64,000 nucleotides of DNA from Gammaproteobacteria bacterium (GTDB taxonomy: Bacteria > Pseudomonadota > Gammaproteobacteria > Eutrophobiales > Eutrophobiaceae), in contig CAXMWX010000001.1 in NCBI GenBank assembly GCA_963422205.2, positions 384,001 through 448,000 of the forward strand, in the 5' to 3' direction. Position 1 is the first letter of the stretch; every line of letters starts with the position of its first letter. The notes under the pieces were generated by a model. That model saw only the letters and a list, made by a program, of their open reading frames with translations. It was not told where the DNA came from and made no database searches. Shown one piece after another: positions 33,889 through 44,837 of the stretch. A program made the position numbers and the translations under genes.

Positions 33889-34734
33889 TCAGGCAAACCG
33901 CCGCAACAATGCCTCGCATTCCCTGACATAGTCCGTGTTATTGTGCTTTTTTGCACCCTTGAGATAGAGGTTGATTTTGTAATGCAATGCGCTGATCGCC
34001 GCCGCCGTATCGCCTGCATTCAGTATATCCTCTGCCAGGATTTTTGCTAAGGCCATGATGCGGTATTTATCCATGCCCCGGTATTGGCCGGATAACTGAT
34101 CGGCATGGCCGCCGTATTTTATGGTCAGGGGCGCCTCAAGATACAACACCGGCAGGCGTGCACACAGACGCAGCCACATATCATAATCCTCGCACACAAC
34201 CAGCGCCTCATCAAACAGCCCCACCCGGTCAAACACCGCCCGGTGCAGCAGGATGGCCGAAGGCGATATCACACACCGGGGCAGGCAATGTTGAAATAGC
34301 CAGCCGCCCTGTTTGCGATGTCTGGCCGATTGGCGCAGCGGCCTGCCGTGACGTATCCATTGCTCGTTGGTATGGATCACCTGATAGCCGGGATTATCTT
34401 TAAGGCAGGCGACCTGCCGTGCCAGTTTCTGCCGGTGCCAGGCATCGTCTGAGTCCAGCAGGGCGAGCCACTCACCGCTGGCCGTCGTGATGCCACGGTT
34501 ACGTGCCGCGCTGACCCCCTGATGCGCTTGCCGCAGCAGGGTCACCCCCGGATAATGCTGTTGCAGCAGCGGCACGGTGTTATCGCTTGAGCCATCATCA
34601 ACGACAATAATCTCATCGGCCGGCCGGCTTTGAGAGATGACAGAATCCAGCGCCCGGGGCAGCATTCGGGCCCGATTCCATGTGGGTATGATGACGGAGA
34701 TGGTGTGCAAATCGGGATCCTCATCTGCCCTCAT
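33889..34734 (-). CDS. GT2 glycosyltransferase
   Basis: SVIIPTWNR, VVDDGSSD, LLDSDD, CEDYDMWLR. Confidence 0.92.
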   Translation of the reverse strand: MRADEDPDLHTISVIIPTWNRARMLPRALDSVISQSRPADEIIVVDDGSSDNTVPLLQQHYPGVTLLRQAHQGVSAARNRGITTASGEWLALLDSDDAWHRQKLARQVACLKDNPGYQVIHTNEQWIRHGRPLRQSARHRKQGGWLFQHCLPRCVISPSAILLHRAVFDRVGLFDEALVVCEDYDMWLRLCARLPVLYLEAPLTIKYGGHADQLSGQYRGMDKYRIMALAKILAEDILNAGDTAAAISALHYKINLYLKGAKKHNNTDYVRECEALLRRFA

Positions 34735-34800
34735 GCTTTGCCTGGGGCGAGGCGGTTACGCTACTATCTTATAATTGCTCAAGCCTGATGATCTAACACC

Positions 34801-35562
34801 ATGCCCGCATTGCAGGATAAAGCCGCCGTGATTACCGGTGCCAGCAGCGGCATTGGCAAGGCGATCGCCCTGGCCTATGCCGCCGCCGGTGCTCAAGTGA
34901 TCGTCAATTATCGTCGTTCACAGGCGGCCGCCCGGCAGGTGGCCGATGAGATCGCCCGCCGGGGAGGGCAGGCATGGGCGGTGCAGGCCGACATATCCAG
35001 GCAACAGGAGGTTGAGTCCCTGCTGGCCGAGGCCATTCGCCGGATGGGGCAGGTGGATATCTGGGTCAACAATGCCGGTGCTGATATTCTGACGGCAGGC
35101 AATGCCGGGCAAAGTCGGCTGGAGAAATTGCACGCACTGCTACAGGTCGACCTGCAAGGCACCATGCTGTGCAGTTGGGCGGCAGCGGCCTATATGCAGG
35201 CACGGGGTGCTGGCAATATCATCAATATGTCCTGGGATCAGGCATTGCAGGGCTATCAGGGGGAGAACCCGCAGCTGTTTGCGGCGGTCAAGGCCGGTAT
35301 CACGGCTTTTAGCAAGTCGCTGGCCAGGACTGCCGGGCCAGCAATCCGGGTCAATACTCTCGCACCGGGCTGGATACAGACGGCATTTGCCGAGTCCGGC
35401 ATGGATGCTAACTACTACCGGCAGCGCTGTGCCGAGATACCACTGGGACGTTTTGGCCGTCCTGAAGAGGTGGCCGCCGCCGCCGTGTTCCTTGCCTCCG
35501 AGGATTCGGCCTACATGACGGGTGCCGTGTTGAATGTGGGTGGCGGTTTTAACCTGTGTTAA
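34801..35562 (+). CDS. SDR-family oxidoreductase
   Basis: TGASSGIG, VNNAG, PLGRFGRPEEVA. Confidence 0.92.
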   Translation: MPALQDKAAVITGASSGIGKAIALAYAAAGAQVIVNYRRSQAAARQVADEIARRGGQAWAVQADISRQQEVESLLAEAIRRMGQVDIWVNNAGADILTAGNAGQSRLEKLHALLQVDLQGTMLCSWAAAAYMQARGAGNIINMSWDQALQGYQGENPQLFAAVKAGITAFSKSLARTAGPAIRVNTLAPGWIQTAFAESGMDANYYRQRCAEIPLGRFGRPEEVAAAAVFLASEDSAYMTGAVLNVGGGFNLC

Positions 35563-36080
35563 GCCGGGTAGTCGAGCACCGAGTGCACCGCATAATCGGT
35601 CAGCTTGGCACGCCCGCCCAGATCGCTTAGCTCAATTAAAAAGGCACAAGCCGCCACCTTGGCCCCCAGTTTTTCGATCAACTCACAACTCGCCAGCGCC
35701 GTGCCACCGGTCGCTATCAGGTCATCGATCAGCAACACCTTGTCGGTCGCCGTGAGCGCATCTCTCTGCATTTGCAGGGTGGTGCTGCCGTATTCCAACG
35801 TATAGGCCACCGCCACCACCTGACCGGGTAGCTTGCCGGGCTTTCTCAGGGGAATAAAGGCCGTATTGAGTAGCTGTGCCGCCAGGCTACCAAAGATAAA
35901 ACCGCGGGCCTCCATCCCGCACACGGCCGTTATCTGCTGTTCTCTGAAGGGCGTGATCATCGCATGGGTGGCCTCTCGTACACAGCCCGGCACCTTCAGC
36001 AGCGGCGTGATATCCTTAAATTGTATGCCCGGCCTGGGGAAGTCGGGGATGGTACGAATCAGTTGGCGTATGTGTTCCAT
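35559..36080 (-). CDS. apt: Adenine phosphoribosyltransferase
   Basis: PDFPRPGIQFKDITPLL, EARGF, IDDLIATGGT. Confidence 0.97.
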   Translation of the reverse strand: MEHIRQLIRTIPDFPRPGIQFKDITPLLKVPGCVREATHAMITPFREQQITAVCGMEARGFIFGSLAAQLLNTAFIPLRKPGKLPGQVVAVAYTLEYGSTTLQMQRDALTATDKVLLIDDLIATGGTALASCELIEKLGAKVAACAFLIELSDLGGRAKLTDYAVHSVLDYPA

Positions 36081-36141
36081 GCTGCTGCTGTTTTTTGTTT
36101 ATGCTAACGTACACTAAAATACCCGATCATGTTACACAAAA

Positions 36142-36809
36142 ATGAAAGCCAAGGTTGCACATGACTGGCCGGTGAATCGGCAACAGGCGATTGCCTTGCA
36201 GAGAACATTAAGCCCCCGGGTCAGCCTGCTGGATAGGTGCATGAGGTAGGCCATGTCGCCGGTGTGGATGTGGGTCTGGTGGCGAGGGGCAGGATCATGC
36301 GTGCGGCGGTGGCGGTCTTGACGTACCCGGACCTTAAAACCGTAGAGACCCAGGTAGCCCATTGCCGGATGAGAATGCCCTATGTCAGCGGCTTGCTCTC
36401 TTTTCGCGAATTGCCGGCCGTGTTACAGGCGGTGAAAAAATTGCACCAGCCACCGGATCTGTTTTTATGCGATGGTCAGGGCATAGCGCATCCGCGCCGG
36501 TTTGGCATCGCCTGCCATCTGGGGGTATTGCTGGATGTGGCAACCATCGGTGTGGCGAAGCAGCGCCTGTGCGGCAGCCATGCCATGCCGGGCAATAACA
36601 AAGGTGACTGGACCTGTTTGTATGCCGGTGATGCCATCATCGGTGCTGTGTTACGCAGCCGTGCGGGCGTCAAACCCATCTATGTCTCGCCCGGCCACAA
36701 GCTGTCCCTGCCAACGGCCATCCGCTATGTGCTTAACTGCACCACCAGATACCGCCTGCCAGAGACCACCCGCCTGGCCGATAAACTGGCCTCCCGCCGC
36801 TCATGCTAG
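36142..36809 (+). pseudogene. nfi: Endonuclease V with a -1 frameshift near 36236
   Basis: ATG 36142 gives HDWP...AIALQ..L; core VAGVDV, PYVSGLLSFRE, DGQGIAHPRR is in frame 36237. Confidence 0.8.
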
Positions 36810-37525
36810 GCGCCCCCCTGCTGCTTCTGTGCCTGTCAGGCGCCGCCCCGCTGCCAGCAGATGAGGCCATGGCCGCCCAACATCGGCAGATGCTGCGTGA
36901 TATCATACAGATGGTTGATGAGACCAAAGACCATACCGGTATCGCCAGCCTATCAGGGCCAGTGCTGCATGCCATGCGCTGTGTACCCCGGCGGGCATTT
37001 GTCCCGCAACAGGCCCATGCCTATGCCTATATCAACCGGCCGTTGCCCATCGGCCACCAGCAGACCATCTCCCAGCCCTATATGGTCGCCCTGATGACCG
37101 AGTTGGCCGCCTTGCAACCCGGCGAGAAGGTGCTTGAGATCGGCACGGGCTCCGGCTATCAGGCGGCCATACTGGCTGAGATCGTGGCTGCGGTCTTCAG
37201 CATCGAAATTATCGCACCGCTTGGCGAGCGCGCCGCCAGCACCTTACAGCGTCTTGGGTATGATAATGTGCATGTCAGGATAGGGGATGGGTATCACGGG
37301 TGGCCGGAACAGGCGCCGTTTGATGCTATCCTGGTCACCGCCGCACCAGAGCAGGTGCCGCCGCCATTGCTGGTGCAATTAAAGACCGGCGGCCGTTTGA
37401 TCATCCCGGTAGGCAGGCAGGGACGGGTGCAGTCTCTGCAACGACTGCTCAAGGGCGCCGATGGCAGCATCCGCACAGAAAAAATACTGCCGGTGGGTTT
37501 CGTGCCATTCACGCGGCAGGAATAA
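36803..37525 (+). CDS. Protein-L-isoaspartate O-methyltransferase with hydrophobic N-terminus
   Basis: QTISQPYMVA, LEIGTGSGYQAA, APFDAILVTAA, FVP. Confidence 0.9.
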   Translation: MLGAPLLLLCLSGAAPLPADEAMAAQHRQMLRDIIQMVDETKDHTGIASLSGPVLHAMRCVPRRAFVPQQAHAYAYINRPLPIGHQQTISQPYMVALMTELAALQPGEKVLEIGTGSGYQAAILAEIVAAVFSIEIIAPLGERAASTLQRLGYDNVHVRIGDGYHGWPEQAPFDAILVTAAPEQVPPPLLVQLKTGGRLIIPVGRQGRVQSLQRLLKGADGSIRTEKILPVGFVPFTRQE

Positions 37526-37624
37526 GCCCTTAATTTGGCCCCTGCTGGTCTCTACCGCTGCACAGAACAACGCCGGAGAACGGCTGGAGTTACCCGTGTG
37601 CTTCAAGGCCGGGCGGTTATTCCC

Positions 37625-39937
37625 TTACCTGTCACTGCCCGGTTTGCCCTCATCAGCGGCATCGCCGGCGTTCAGTTGGCATTCCTGGTGCGTGTTCGGG
37701 TCGGTAACGTTTGCCTCGGGCAGATCCTGTTTTCTCATCAGGCTGGCGAGGCGTCCTATCAGGCCGGCAGGATCGCCCTGTGCTTGCCTTGCCATGGCGG
37801 TCAAGGTGAGGTAGTCAATCTTGCCGGTGCTCAATACCGGCAGTTCTTCGGCATAGGCAATTTTCTCGGGTAGATACAAGGGCGAGTAATTTGCTGTTTT
37901 TATCTGCTGCTGGAGTTGTTTTCTCAAGGCGGCCTGGTGGTTGGTGATGAGTATGATTTTCTCTCCTCTGCGCTCATCCGGCAGGCTCACCGCCGCATGG
38001 ATATGCTTCGGCCAGGTCTGCCCGGCCAGCTCTTCCACCGCTGTTAGCGAGATCATCTCACCGGCGATCTTGGCAAAGCGTTTGGCCCGGCCCAGGATCG
38101 TGATATAACCCGCCGCATCGATGCTGACGATATCGCCCGTGCTGTGCCAGGCACTGCCCCCGGACTGGGGCGGCGGTATCAATTCGCCCGCCCGGTCATG
38201 CAGCAGATAGCCCAGCATCACGTTCGGGCCGCTGACCATAAGCTCTCCGCCTTCGCTGATGCCGGCGATGGGCTTGAGGCGGGCCTGCATGCCGGGCAGC
38301 AAGCGGCCAACACTGCCGTGCTTGCAGTTAATCGGTGTATTGACAGCAACCACCGGGCTGCATTCGGTGACGCCGTAGCCTTGCAGGATGCGAATACCGA
38401 ATTTATCCATCCAGAGTTGTTGGGTGTCCTGCTGTAGCTTCTCTGCCCCGGCCACCACATGACGCAGGCTGTGAAAATCAAACGCATGGGCATATTTTGC
38501 ATAGCCCCGAAAGAAGATGTTGGTGCCAAACAAGATGGTGGCGCCCAGGTTGTAGATGTGCTCCGGGATGAGGCGATAATGCAGCGGGTTGGGGTAGAGG
38601 TAGATCCGGCTGCCGCCCAACAATGGCATGAGGCAGCCTGCATTCAGGCCGAAGCAATGAAATAACGGCAGGCAACTGAACAGCATGTCAGCCGGGCGAA
38701 AATCAATATGGCAGCGCACCTGGGCGTAATTGGAGACCAGGTTGACATGGGATAACACCACGCCCTTGGGAATCCCTTCCGAGCCAGAGGTAAATAATAT
38801 TGTCGCCGGCTTGCCTGTGTCCTGATCTGTACACACCCGGCGGTAGTAGGCCAGCGGATAACGGCTGCGTAACATGCCTTTGAGTTTATCCAGGCGGCTT
38901 ACCTGCCGGGCGATATCCTCCAGGTAGATGATCGTCCTGGAGGCGCTTAGATGGTCGATCACATCCTCAAGGCCAGCATTGGCGATAAACTTTTTCGAGC
39001 TGTAGATGGTCTTCACCGAGGCCATCTCACAGGCGTTGGTCAATGCCTGTATACCGGCGGTGTAGTTTAACATGGTCGGCACCCGGCCAAGGCAGTGCAG
39101 TGCCAGATAGCTGATCACCGTGGCAGAGACATTGGGCAGCAGCAGGCCGACATTCTCCGCCGCCTTGCTCTGGTGTTTGAAGACATCGCTGAGGATGAAG
39201 GTGCGGGTTAATAACTGGCCGTAGGTCAATGGCTGCTGGTTGATGTCTTCCATGATGACAGTGTGCCGCCCGTATTTTTTCACCGCATCCAGCAGGGCGG
39301 AAAATACCGTGCGGTGATAATCTGTGGCGGCGAAGGCCAGTTGGTACATAATCTCCTGCATCCGCTTTGCCGCCTGTCGCCGGCGCTCATGCCCCTGCAC
39401 GTCTGCTGGCAGGGTGATTTTCTCAGGCGCCAAAAATCGCAGCGTGATGCGGGGGAAGCGTTGGGTATAGCCGCTCTGGTGCAGGTAAGCGGCATGGCTG
39501 TACTGTGCCCCTTCAATACTGACCGGCAAAATCGCCGCATCGGCTTTATCGGCAATCAGGCCGGGGCCTTCGTAGATCTTCATCAACACACCCGTGACGG
39601 TAATTCTGCCCTCCGGGAAGATCACGGCTTTTTTATCCTGTTGCAGAAACTTGATCATGGATTTTACCGAAAGCGGATTGGCCGGGTCCATCAGGAACAG
39701 ATCGACAAAGCAGAGATACGGGCGGAAGCGGCGTTGGCCGGCAATGTTTGTGTTGATCGCAAACGTCGGGGCATCCGGCAGCCAGGCATAGAGCAGCACG
39801 CCATCGAGCAGGGAGGTGTGGTTGGCCACGATCAAGGCCCTCGGCCCGGCCTGATGATAATGCGCCAGGCCCTTAACCTCTACCCGGTAGAGCAGCCTCA
39901 GCAGGGCACGCAACAGCCATTTAAGCAGCTTTATCAT
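37625..39937 (-). CDS. aas: Bifunctional acyltransferase / acyl-ACP synthetase
   Basis: NHTSLLD, FPEGRIT, FTSGSEGIPKG, GYGVTE, TGD. Confidence 0.9.
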   Translation of the reverse strand: MIKLLKWLLRALLRLLYRVEVKGLAHYHQAGPRALIVANHTSLLDGVLLYAWLPDAPTFAINTNIAGQRRFRPYLCFVDLFLMDPANPLSVKSMIKFLQQDKKAVIFPEGRITVTGVLMKIYEGPGLIADKADAAILPVSIEGAQYSHAAYLHQSGYTQRFPRITLRFLAPEKITLPADVQGHERRRQAAKRMQEIMYQLAFAATDYHRTVFSALLDAVKKYGRHTVIMEDINQQPLTYGQLLTRTFILSDVFKHQSKAAENVGLLLPNVSATVISYLALHCLGRVPTMLNYTAGIQALTNACEMASVKTIYSSKKFIANAGLEDVIDHLSASRTIIYLEDIARQVSRLDKLKGMLRSRYPLAYYRRVCTDQDTGKPATILFTSGSEGIPKGVVLSHVNLVSNYAQVRCHIDFRPADMLFSCLPLFHCFGLNAGCLMPLLGGSRIYLYPNPLHYRLIPEHIYNLGATILFGTNIFFRGYAKYAHAFDFHSLRHVVAGAEKLQQDTQQLWMDKFGIRILQGYGVTECSPVVAVNTPINCKHGSVGRLLPGMQARLKPIAGISEGGELMVSGPNVMLGYLLHDRAGELIPPPQSGGSAWHSTGDIVSIDAAGYITILGRAKRFAKIAGEMISLTAVEELAGQTWPKHIHAAVSLPDERRGEKIILITNHQAALRKQLQQQIKTANYSPLYLPEKIAYAEELPVLSTGKIDYLTLTAMARQAQGDPAGLIGRLASLMRKQDLPEANVTDPNTHQECQLNAGDAADEGKPGSDR

Positions 39938-40249
39938 GGGGCTAGTGTAACCTGAATTGCCCGGAAATAAATTGTCGGGTTGTCTGCATTGACGTTGAAA
40001 ACATCCAGGGCGGCCAGGCGCTCAGGGGATTAGGCGATACCGGTGTTGATTAAGATTGACCGTCCTGGGAATGGCGTTAATTTGGTTTTGATTATCATGC
40101 GGATCGCTTTATGATAACACGCCAGTATTTACCTATAAAATCAATAGCTAAAGTGAAGCCTTGCCGAACCCCTGGCGGGGTGGAGGGTGGCATATCGGTG
40201 ATTTTCAGCCCATCGCCTGGCGAACACGCCTTAGCCTGATATCTGCCGT

Positions 40250-41029
40250 ATGGATGCAATACAACAGAAGAGAGAACACGTGAGTTTCAAGCACTGGTTC
40301 AGAACCCGGCAGGGCATGGCCCTCAGCACCTGTGAGCAGGACCGTGTTGCCGGTGTGCTGTCGACTTTGTTTGGCTACCATATTGTTCAGATTGGGGCAG
40401 TCACACCGGCCGATTACCTGCACAGCAGCCGGATAGGGCATAAGGTGATCTGCCAGTTAGCCGGTGAGGGCGAGGCGGCCGCGGCTGTTGATCTGCTGAT
40501 CACCGACCAGGATCTGCCCTTCTCAACGGCCAGTATTGATGTCGCCCTGGTGCCGCATGTCCTCGAATTCTCCGACAAGCCGCACCGATTTTTACGCGAG
40601 ATAGCGCGTATTCTGATCGGTGATGGCCATGTCCTGATCCTGGGGTTTAACCCCTGGAGCCTGTGGGGGCTGTGGCGCCTGTGGCTTGCCTGGCGCGATC
40701 AGCCGCCCTGGAACGGGCATTTCTACAGTCTGCCCAGGATCAGGGACTGGCTGTATCTGCTCGATTTTGAGATCATCAGCACAGAGCGGTTTATCTTCCG
40801 GCCGCCGCTGGGGGAGGGTCGCCTCATGCAGCGGATACAATTTATGGAGAAACTGGGCAGCTATTGCTGGCCGTACTTTGGCAGTGTTTATATGATACTG
40901 GCGAGAAAACGGGTGGTGCCTTTAACACCGATAAAAATGCGCTGGCAGAAGCAACGTCAACGGCTGGCTGCTGGTGTTGTCGAGCCAACGGTGCGGGCGG
41001 CTACAGTGACAGAGCGGGCAGGGCGATGA
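40250..41029 (+). CDS. Class I SAM methyltransferase (YafS-like)
   Basis: LPHVLEF-like motif, GFNPWSLWG; upstream of rnhA. Confidence 0.85.
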   Translation: MDAIQQKREHVSFKHWFRTRQGMALSTCEQDRVAGVLSTLFGYHIVQIGAVTPADYLHSSRIGHKVICQLAGEGEAAAAVDLLITDQDLPFSTASIDVALVPHVLEFSDKPHRFLREIARILIGDGHVLILGFNPWSLWGLWRLWLAWRDQPPWNGHFYSLPRIRDWLYLLDFEIISTERFIFRPPLGEGRLMQRIQFMEKLGSYCWPYFGSVYMILARKRVVPLTPIKMRWQKQRQRLAAGVVEPTVRAATVTERAGR

Positions 41030-41478
41030 GAAAACAACTGGAAATTTTTACCGATGGGGCCTGTCGTGGCAATCCCGGTGCGGGCGGTTGGGGGGCGTTG
41101 CTGCGCTTCGATGGTGTGGAGGAGGAGCTTTGCGGTGCAGAGCACCAGACCACCAATAACCGCATGGAGCTGATGGCGGCGATTAAAGCGCTGGAGTCGC
41201 TGACAGAGCCTGCCAGCGTGTGTTTAACCACCGATTCGATCTATGTCAAAGAGGGCATCACCTCATGGATCAGTGGCTGGAAGCGGAGGCACTGGAAGAC
41301 AGCATCCAACAAGCCGGTAAAGAATCAAGACTTATGGCAGCAGTTGGATCGATTAAGCGCCAGGCATGAAGTGCAATGGTGCTGGGTAAAAGGGCATAGC
41401 GGGCATCCAGAGAATGAGCGTGCCGATGCGCTGGCCAATCAGGCCATAGACAGGCTGCTGACGATGGGGCGCGCCTGA
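41026..41478 (+). CDS. rnhA: Ribonuclease HI
   Basis: [34 protein letters not shown]; ATGA overlap. Confidence 0.97.
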   Translation: MRKQLEIFTDGACRGNPGAGGWGALLRFDGVEEELCGAEHQTTNNRMELMAAIKALESLTEPASVCLTTDSIYVKEGITSWISGWKRRHWKTASNKPVKNQDLWQQLDRLSARHEVQWCWVKGHSGHPENERADALANQAIDRLLTMGRA

Positions 41479-41488
41479 GTATCAGCGC

Positions 41489-42199
41489 ATGCGGCAGATC
41501 ATTCTTGATACTGAGACCACCGGCCTTGATCCGCAACAAGGCCATCGTCTTATTGAGATTGCCTGTATTGAGGTCATTAATCGCCGCAAGACCGGGCGTG
41601 TGCTGCATCATTATCTCAATCCTGAGCAGGAGGTGGATGAGGCTGCCTACCGTGTCCACGGTATCGGTCATGAGCAAGTGAAGGATGCGCCACGCTTTGC
41701 CGATATTGCCGGGGAGTTGATCGATTTTATTCGTGATGCCGAGTTGATTATGCACAATGCCCCGTTTGATGTTGGGTTTATCAACACCGAGTTGGCATCC
41801 TCAGGGCGTGCATGGGGCGAAGTGAAAGACTACTGCACCGTGCTGGATACCCTGGCACTGGCCAGAGATAAGCATCCGGGGCAAAGAAACAGCCTGGATG
41901 CCTTGTGCGGCCGGTATGAGGTGGACAATTCGCATCGCATTCAGCACGGCGCCCTGCTGGATGCCGAGATCTTACTGGATGTGTATCTGGCGATGACGGG
42001 GGGTCAGGTCAGCCTGCTGTCGGACGATGAGGCAGATACGCCAGGTCATGGCGGCAGTAACCACTATCAGCACAAACGCCTGGATAAACAAACCCCACTC
42101 AGGACGATTCAGCCCAGTGCTGCCGAGTTATCTGCCCATGAGCGGCTGCTGGATGTGATGCGTGATACGACCGACCAGCCACCGCTCTGGCGGCAGTAA
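41489..42199 (+). CDS. dnaQ: DNA polymerase III epsilon subunit
   Basis: LDTETTG, HNAPFD, HGALLDAEIL, MTGGQ. Confidence 0.97.
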   Translation: MRQIILDTETTGLDPQQGHRLIEIACIEVINRRKTGRVLHHYLNPEQEVDEAAYRVHGIGHEQVKDAPRFADIAGELIDFIRDAELIMHNAPFDVGFINTELASSGRAWGEVKDYCTVLDTLALARDKHPGQRNSLDALCGRYEVDNSHRIQHGALLDAEILLDVYLAMTGGQVSLLSDDEADTPGHGGSNHYQHKRLDKQTPLRTIQPSAAELSAHERLLDVMRDTTDQPPLWRQ

Positions 42200-42260
42200 G
42201 CAGCGTGGTGCTGGCCGTGATCGTTGCCGCGGCAAGCGGCAGGTAGATGTCCTGAACAGC

Positions 42261-42608
42261 TTAGTCAGACTGGGCCGGTCGGGCAGTATCCAGCAGGGTC
42301 TTTAACTCGCCGCTTTGGTACATCTCCAGGGTAATATCACAGCCGCCGACCAGCTCGCCATTGACGAACACCTGCGGGAAGGTGGGCCAGTTGGAGATGC
42401 CGGGCAGTGTGCCTCTGACCTCAGGGGCGGCCAACACATCCACATAGGCAAATTCCGCCCCGCAGGACTTCAGGGCCTCGGCGGTTTTCATGGAGAAGCC
42501 GCATTGTGGCAGGTCGGGTGTGCCTTTCATAAACAGCACGATGGGGTTCTCGGTGATGATCTTGTGCAGTTGCTGTTCTACAGTTTCCTGGGTTTCTTGT
42601 TCGGACAT
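42261..42608 (-). CDS. grxD: Monothiol glutaredoxin
   Basis: PQCGFS, WPTFPQ, GGCD. Confidence 0.95.
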   Translation of the reverse strand: MSEQETQETVEQQLHKIITENPIVLFMKGTPDLPQCGFSMKTAEALKSCGAEFAYVDVLAAPEVRGTLPGISNWPTFPQVFVNGELVGGCDITLEMYQSGELKTLLDTARPAQSD

Positions 42609-42903
42609 GGCTCAATGCTCTCTGGTCAGTGTATGCCCTTGCCATCGGGCGTGTTATTAAGGCTCGCTTATCCTTGACATGCCAAAGTCTATACGGTTTC
42701 AGGCGATGATTGAAGCAGGATTGAAATATTTACGGGCCAGCCATCCGCACGGCCTCTACTGTCAGGAGATGCCCGCCGGCGCATCTTACGCCTGATCGCC
42801 GGATTTTTGTATCTGATATGTCGTGCATCAGGCGGGACTCGGCAGTATAATTGCGGCAGATTCGATACTCACCACCATTTGACCAACGTAAGGGGAATAG
42901 CTT

Positions 42904-43488
42904 ATGAATCCGCTAAAATCTGTATCGGGTACGATCACCCTGGGCTTTGTTGTTGCCATTGTCCTGCTGCTTGCCTTCGGTAATCGCACATTGAACATGT
43001 GGTCACTGACTGTCTGGCTGCATGTATTCTTTGGCGTGCTGTGGATTGGCCTGTTGTATTACTTTAACTTCGTTCAGGTGCCGGCCATCGCCCAGGCGAC
43101 CGGCGATACCGACGGCCCCGGCCCGGCCGCCATCAATAAATACATCGCCCCCAAGGCGTTGTTCTGGTTCCGATGGGCGGCGGTTTTGACCTGGCTCACC
43201 GGTGCGGCCGCCCTGGAGATCATGGGGGTTGGGCTGGTCAATGCCTTTGCCCTGAAACCGGGCGCTTGGGTGATCGGCTTAGGTGCCTGGATGGGTACGA
43301 TCATGTTGTTTAATGTCTGGGTTTTGATCTGGCCGAACCAGAAAAAAGTGCTGGGCATCGTGCCGGCCAGCGATGAGGAGAAGGCGAGGGCAAAAATGGT
43401 GGCGCTGATGGCCTCCAGAACGAACACCTTCCTGTCCATCCCGATGCTGATGTGCATGGTTGGCCACGGCCACGGCCTACCCTTCTGA
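42904..43488 (+). CDS. Membrane protein, PuuD / urate oxidase N-terminal domain family
   Basis: WLHV..GVLWIGLLYYFNFVQ, IMLFNVWVLIWPNQKK, SRTN. Confidence 0.8.
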   Translation: MNPLKSVSGTITLGFVVAIVLLLAFGNRTLNMWSLTVWLHVFFGVLWIGLLYYFNFVQVPAIAQATGDTDGPGPAAINKYIAPKALFWFRWAAVLTWLTGAAALEIMGVGLVNAFALKPGAWVIGLGAWMGTIMLFNVWVLIWPNQKKVLGIVPASDEEKARAKMVALMASRTNTFLSIPMLMCMVGHGHGLPF

Positions 43489-43577
43489 TCGTTGCCAGGC
43501 ATATCATTGACAGCACAATCGCCGGCCCGGCTTTTGCCGGGCTTGTTAGTTTTAAGCACGGCGCACACGCATCACAT

Positions 43578-43630
43578 CGGCCATCCCCCGGTCATGACCC
43601 CGGCCATGACCCCGGCCATGATCCTGGCCT
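43578..43630. repeat. Short degenerate 12-bp tandem repeat (about 4 units)
   Basis: CGGTCATGACCC CGGCCATGACCC CGGCCATGATCC upstream of argD. Confidence 0.7.
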
Positions 43631-43655
43631 GTGATCTTAACCATCATCCTGACCC

Positions 43656-44837
43656 ATGACCTCGGCAATCATGCCCACTTATGCACGCCAGAATATCGGT
43701 TTTGAGTCTGGCGAGGGTGCCTGGCTGACGGCGACCGATGGCGGGCGCTACCTTGATGCCGTGAGCGGGATCTCGGTGTGTAACCTGGGGCATGCCCACC
43801 CGGCCGTGCATCAGGCCATCAGCCGGCAGTCGCAAAAGCTGCTGCATACTTCAAATCTCTATCAGATCCCCTTGCAGGAGGCACTGGCAGCAAAGCTGGC
43901 ATCGCTGGCCGGCATGGAGATGGTCTTCTTCGGTAATTCGGGGGCGGAGGCGAACGAGGCCGCCATCAAGCTGTCTCGGAAATGGGGCGCCGATAACGGC
44001 ATGACCGCCCCGTTGATAGTGACCATGACCGGCGGGTTTCATGGCCGGACGATGGCGACCCTGACCGCCACGGGTAATGCGAAGATAAAAGTAGGCTTTG
44101 CGCCCTTGCTGCCCGGTTTTATCCATGTGCCTTACAATGATATCGATGCTTTGCAGCAGGTGCTGGCAGCTCACGAGCAGGTCGCTGCTGTGATGCTGGA
44201 GCCGGTGTTGGGCGAGGGGGGGGTGGTGGTGCCGGATGCCGGATATCTGGCCGCGGTCAGGGGTTTGTGTGATGCCCATCACTGCCTGATGGTTGTCGAT
44301 GAGATACAAACCGGCCTGTGCCGAACCGGCAGGTGGTTTGCCTATCAGCATGAACAGATAATCCCCGATGTGGTCACGCTGGCCAAGTCACTGGGCAATG
44401 GCGTGCCTATCGGTGCGTGTATGGCACAGGCCAGGGTGAGCGGCGTCTTGCAGCCGGGTCAGCATGGCTCGACTTTTGGCGGCAATCCGCTGGCAGCGAG
44501 TGCTGCCCTGGCGGTGTTACAGACCCTGCAAGCGGAGAATATGCCGGCCAGGGTAGAGCGCCTGGGCCAAGCCATGCTGGCAGGTTTGGAGGCAAGGCTG
44601 GCAGCCCAGCCGCTGGTGCGGGATATTCGTGGCAAAGGGCTTATGCTCGGTATTGAGTTGACCATGCCCTGTGCCGGGCTGGTCGCCGATGCCCGGCGAG
44701 AGCATCTGCTGATTAATGTCACGGCGATGAATGTGATACGGTTATTGCCGCCGTTTATTATCACCGATGAGGAGGCACAGATGATCGTGGATATTGTCAG
44801 TCGTGTGATCGAGCGCCTGGCAGAGGCAGCCCCATGA
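43656..44837 (+). CDS. argD: Acetylornithine aminotransferase
   Basis: NSGAEANEAA, FHGRT, DEIQTG, AKSLG; coupled to argF. Confidence 0.93.
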   Translation: MTSAIMPTYARQNIGFESGEGAWLTATDGGRYLDAVSGISVCNLGHAHPAVHQAISRQSQKLLHTSNLYQIPLQEALAAKLASLAGMEMVFFGNSGAEANEAAIKLSRKWGADNGMTAPLIVTMTGGFHGRTMATLTATGNAKIKVGFAPLLPGFIHVPYNDIDALQQVLAAHEQVAAVMLEPVLGEGGVVVPDAGYLAAVRGLCDAHHCLMVVDEIQTGLCRTGRWFAYQHEQIIPDVVTLAKSLGNGVPIGACMAQARVSGVLQPGQHGSTFGGNPLAASAALAVLQTLQAENMPARVERLGQAMLAGLEARLAAQPLVRDIRGKGLMLGIELTMPCAGLVADARREHLLINVTAMNVIRLLPPFIITDEEAQMIVDIVSRVIERLAEAAP

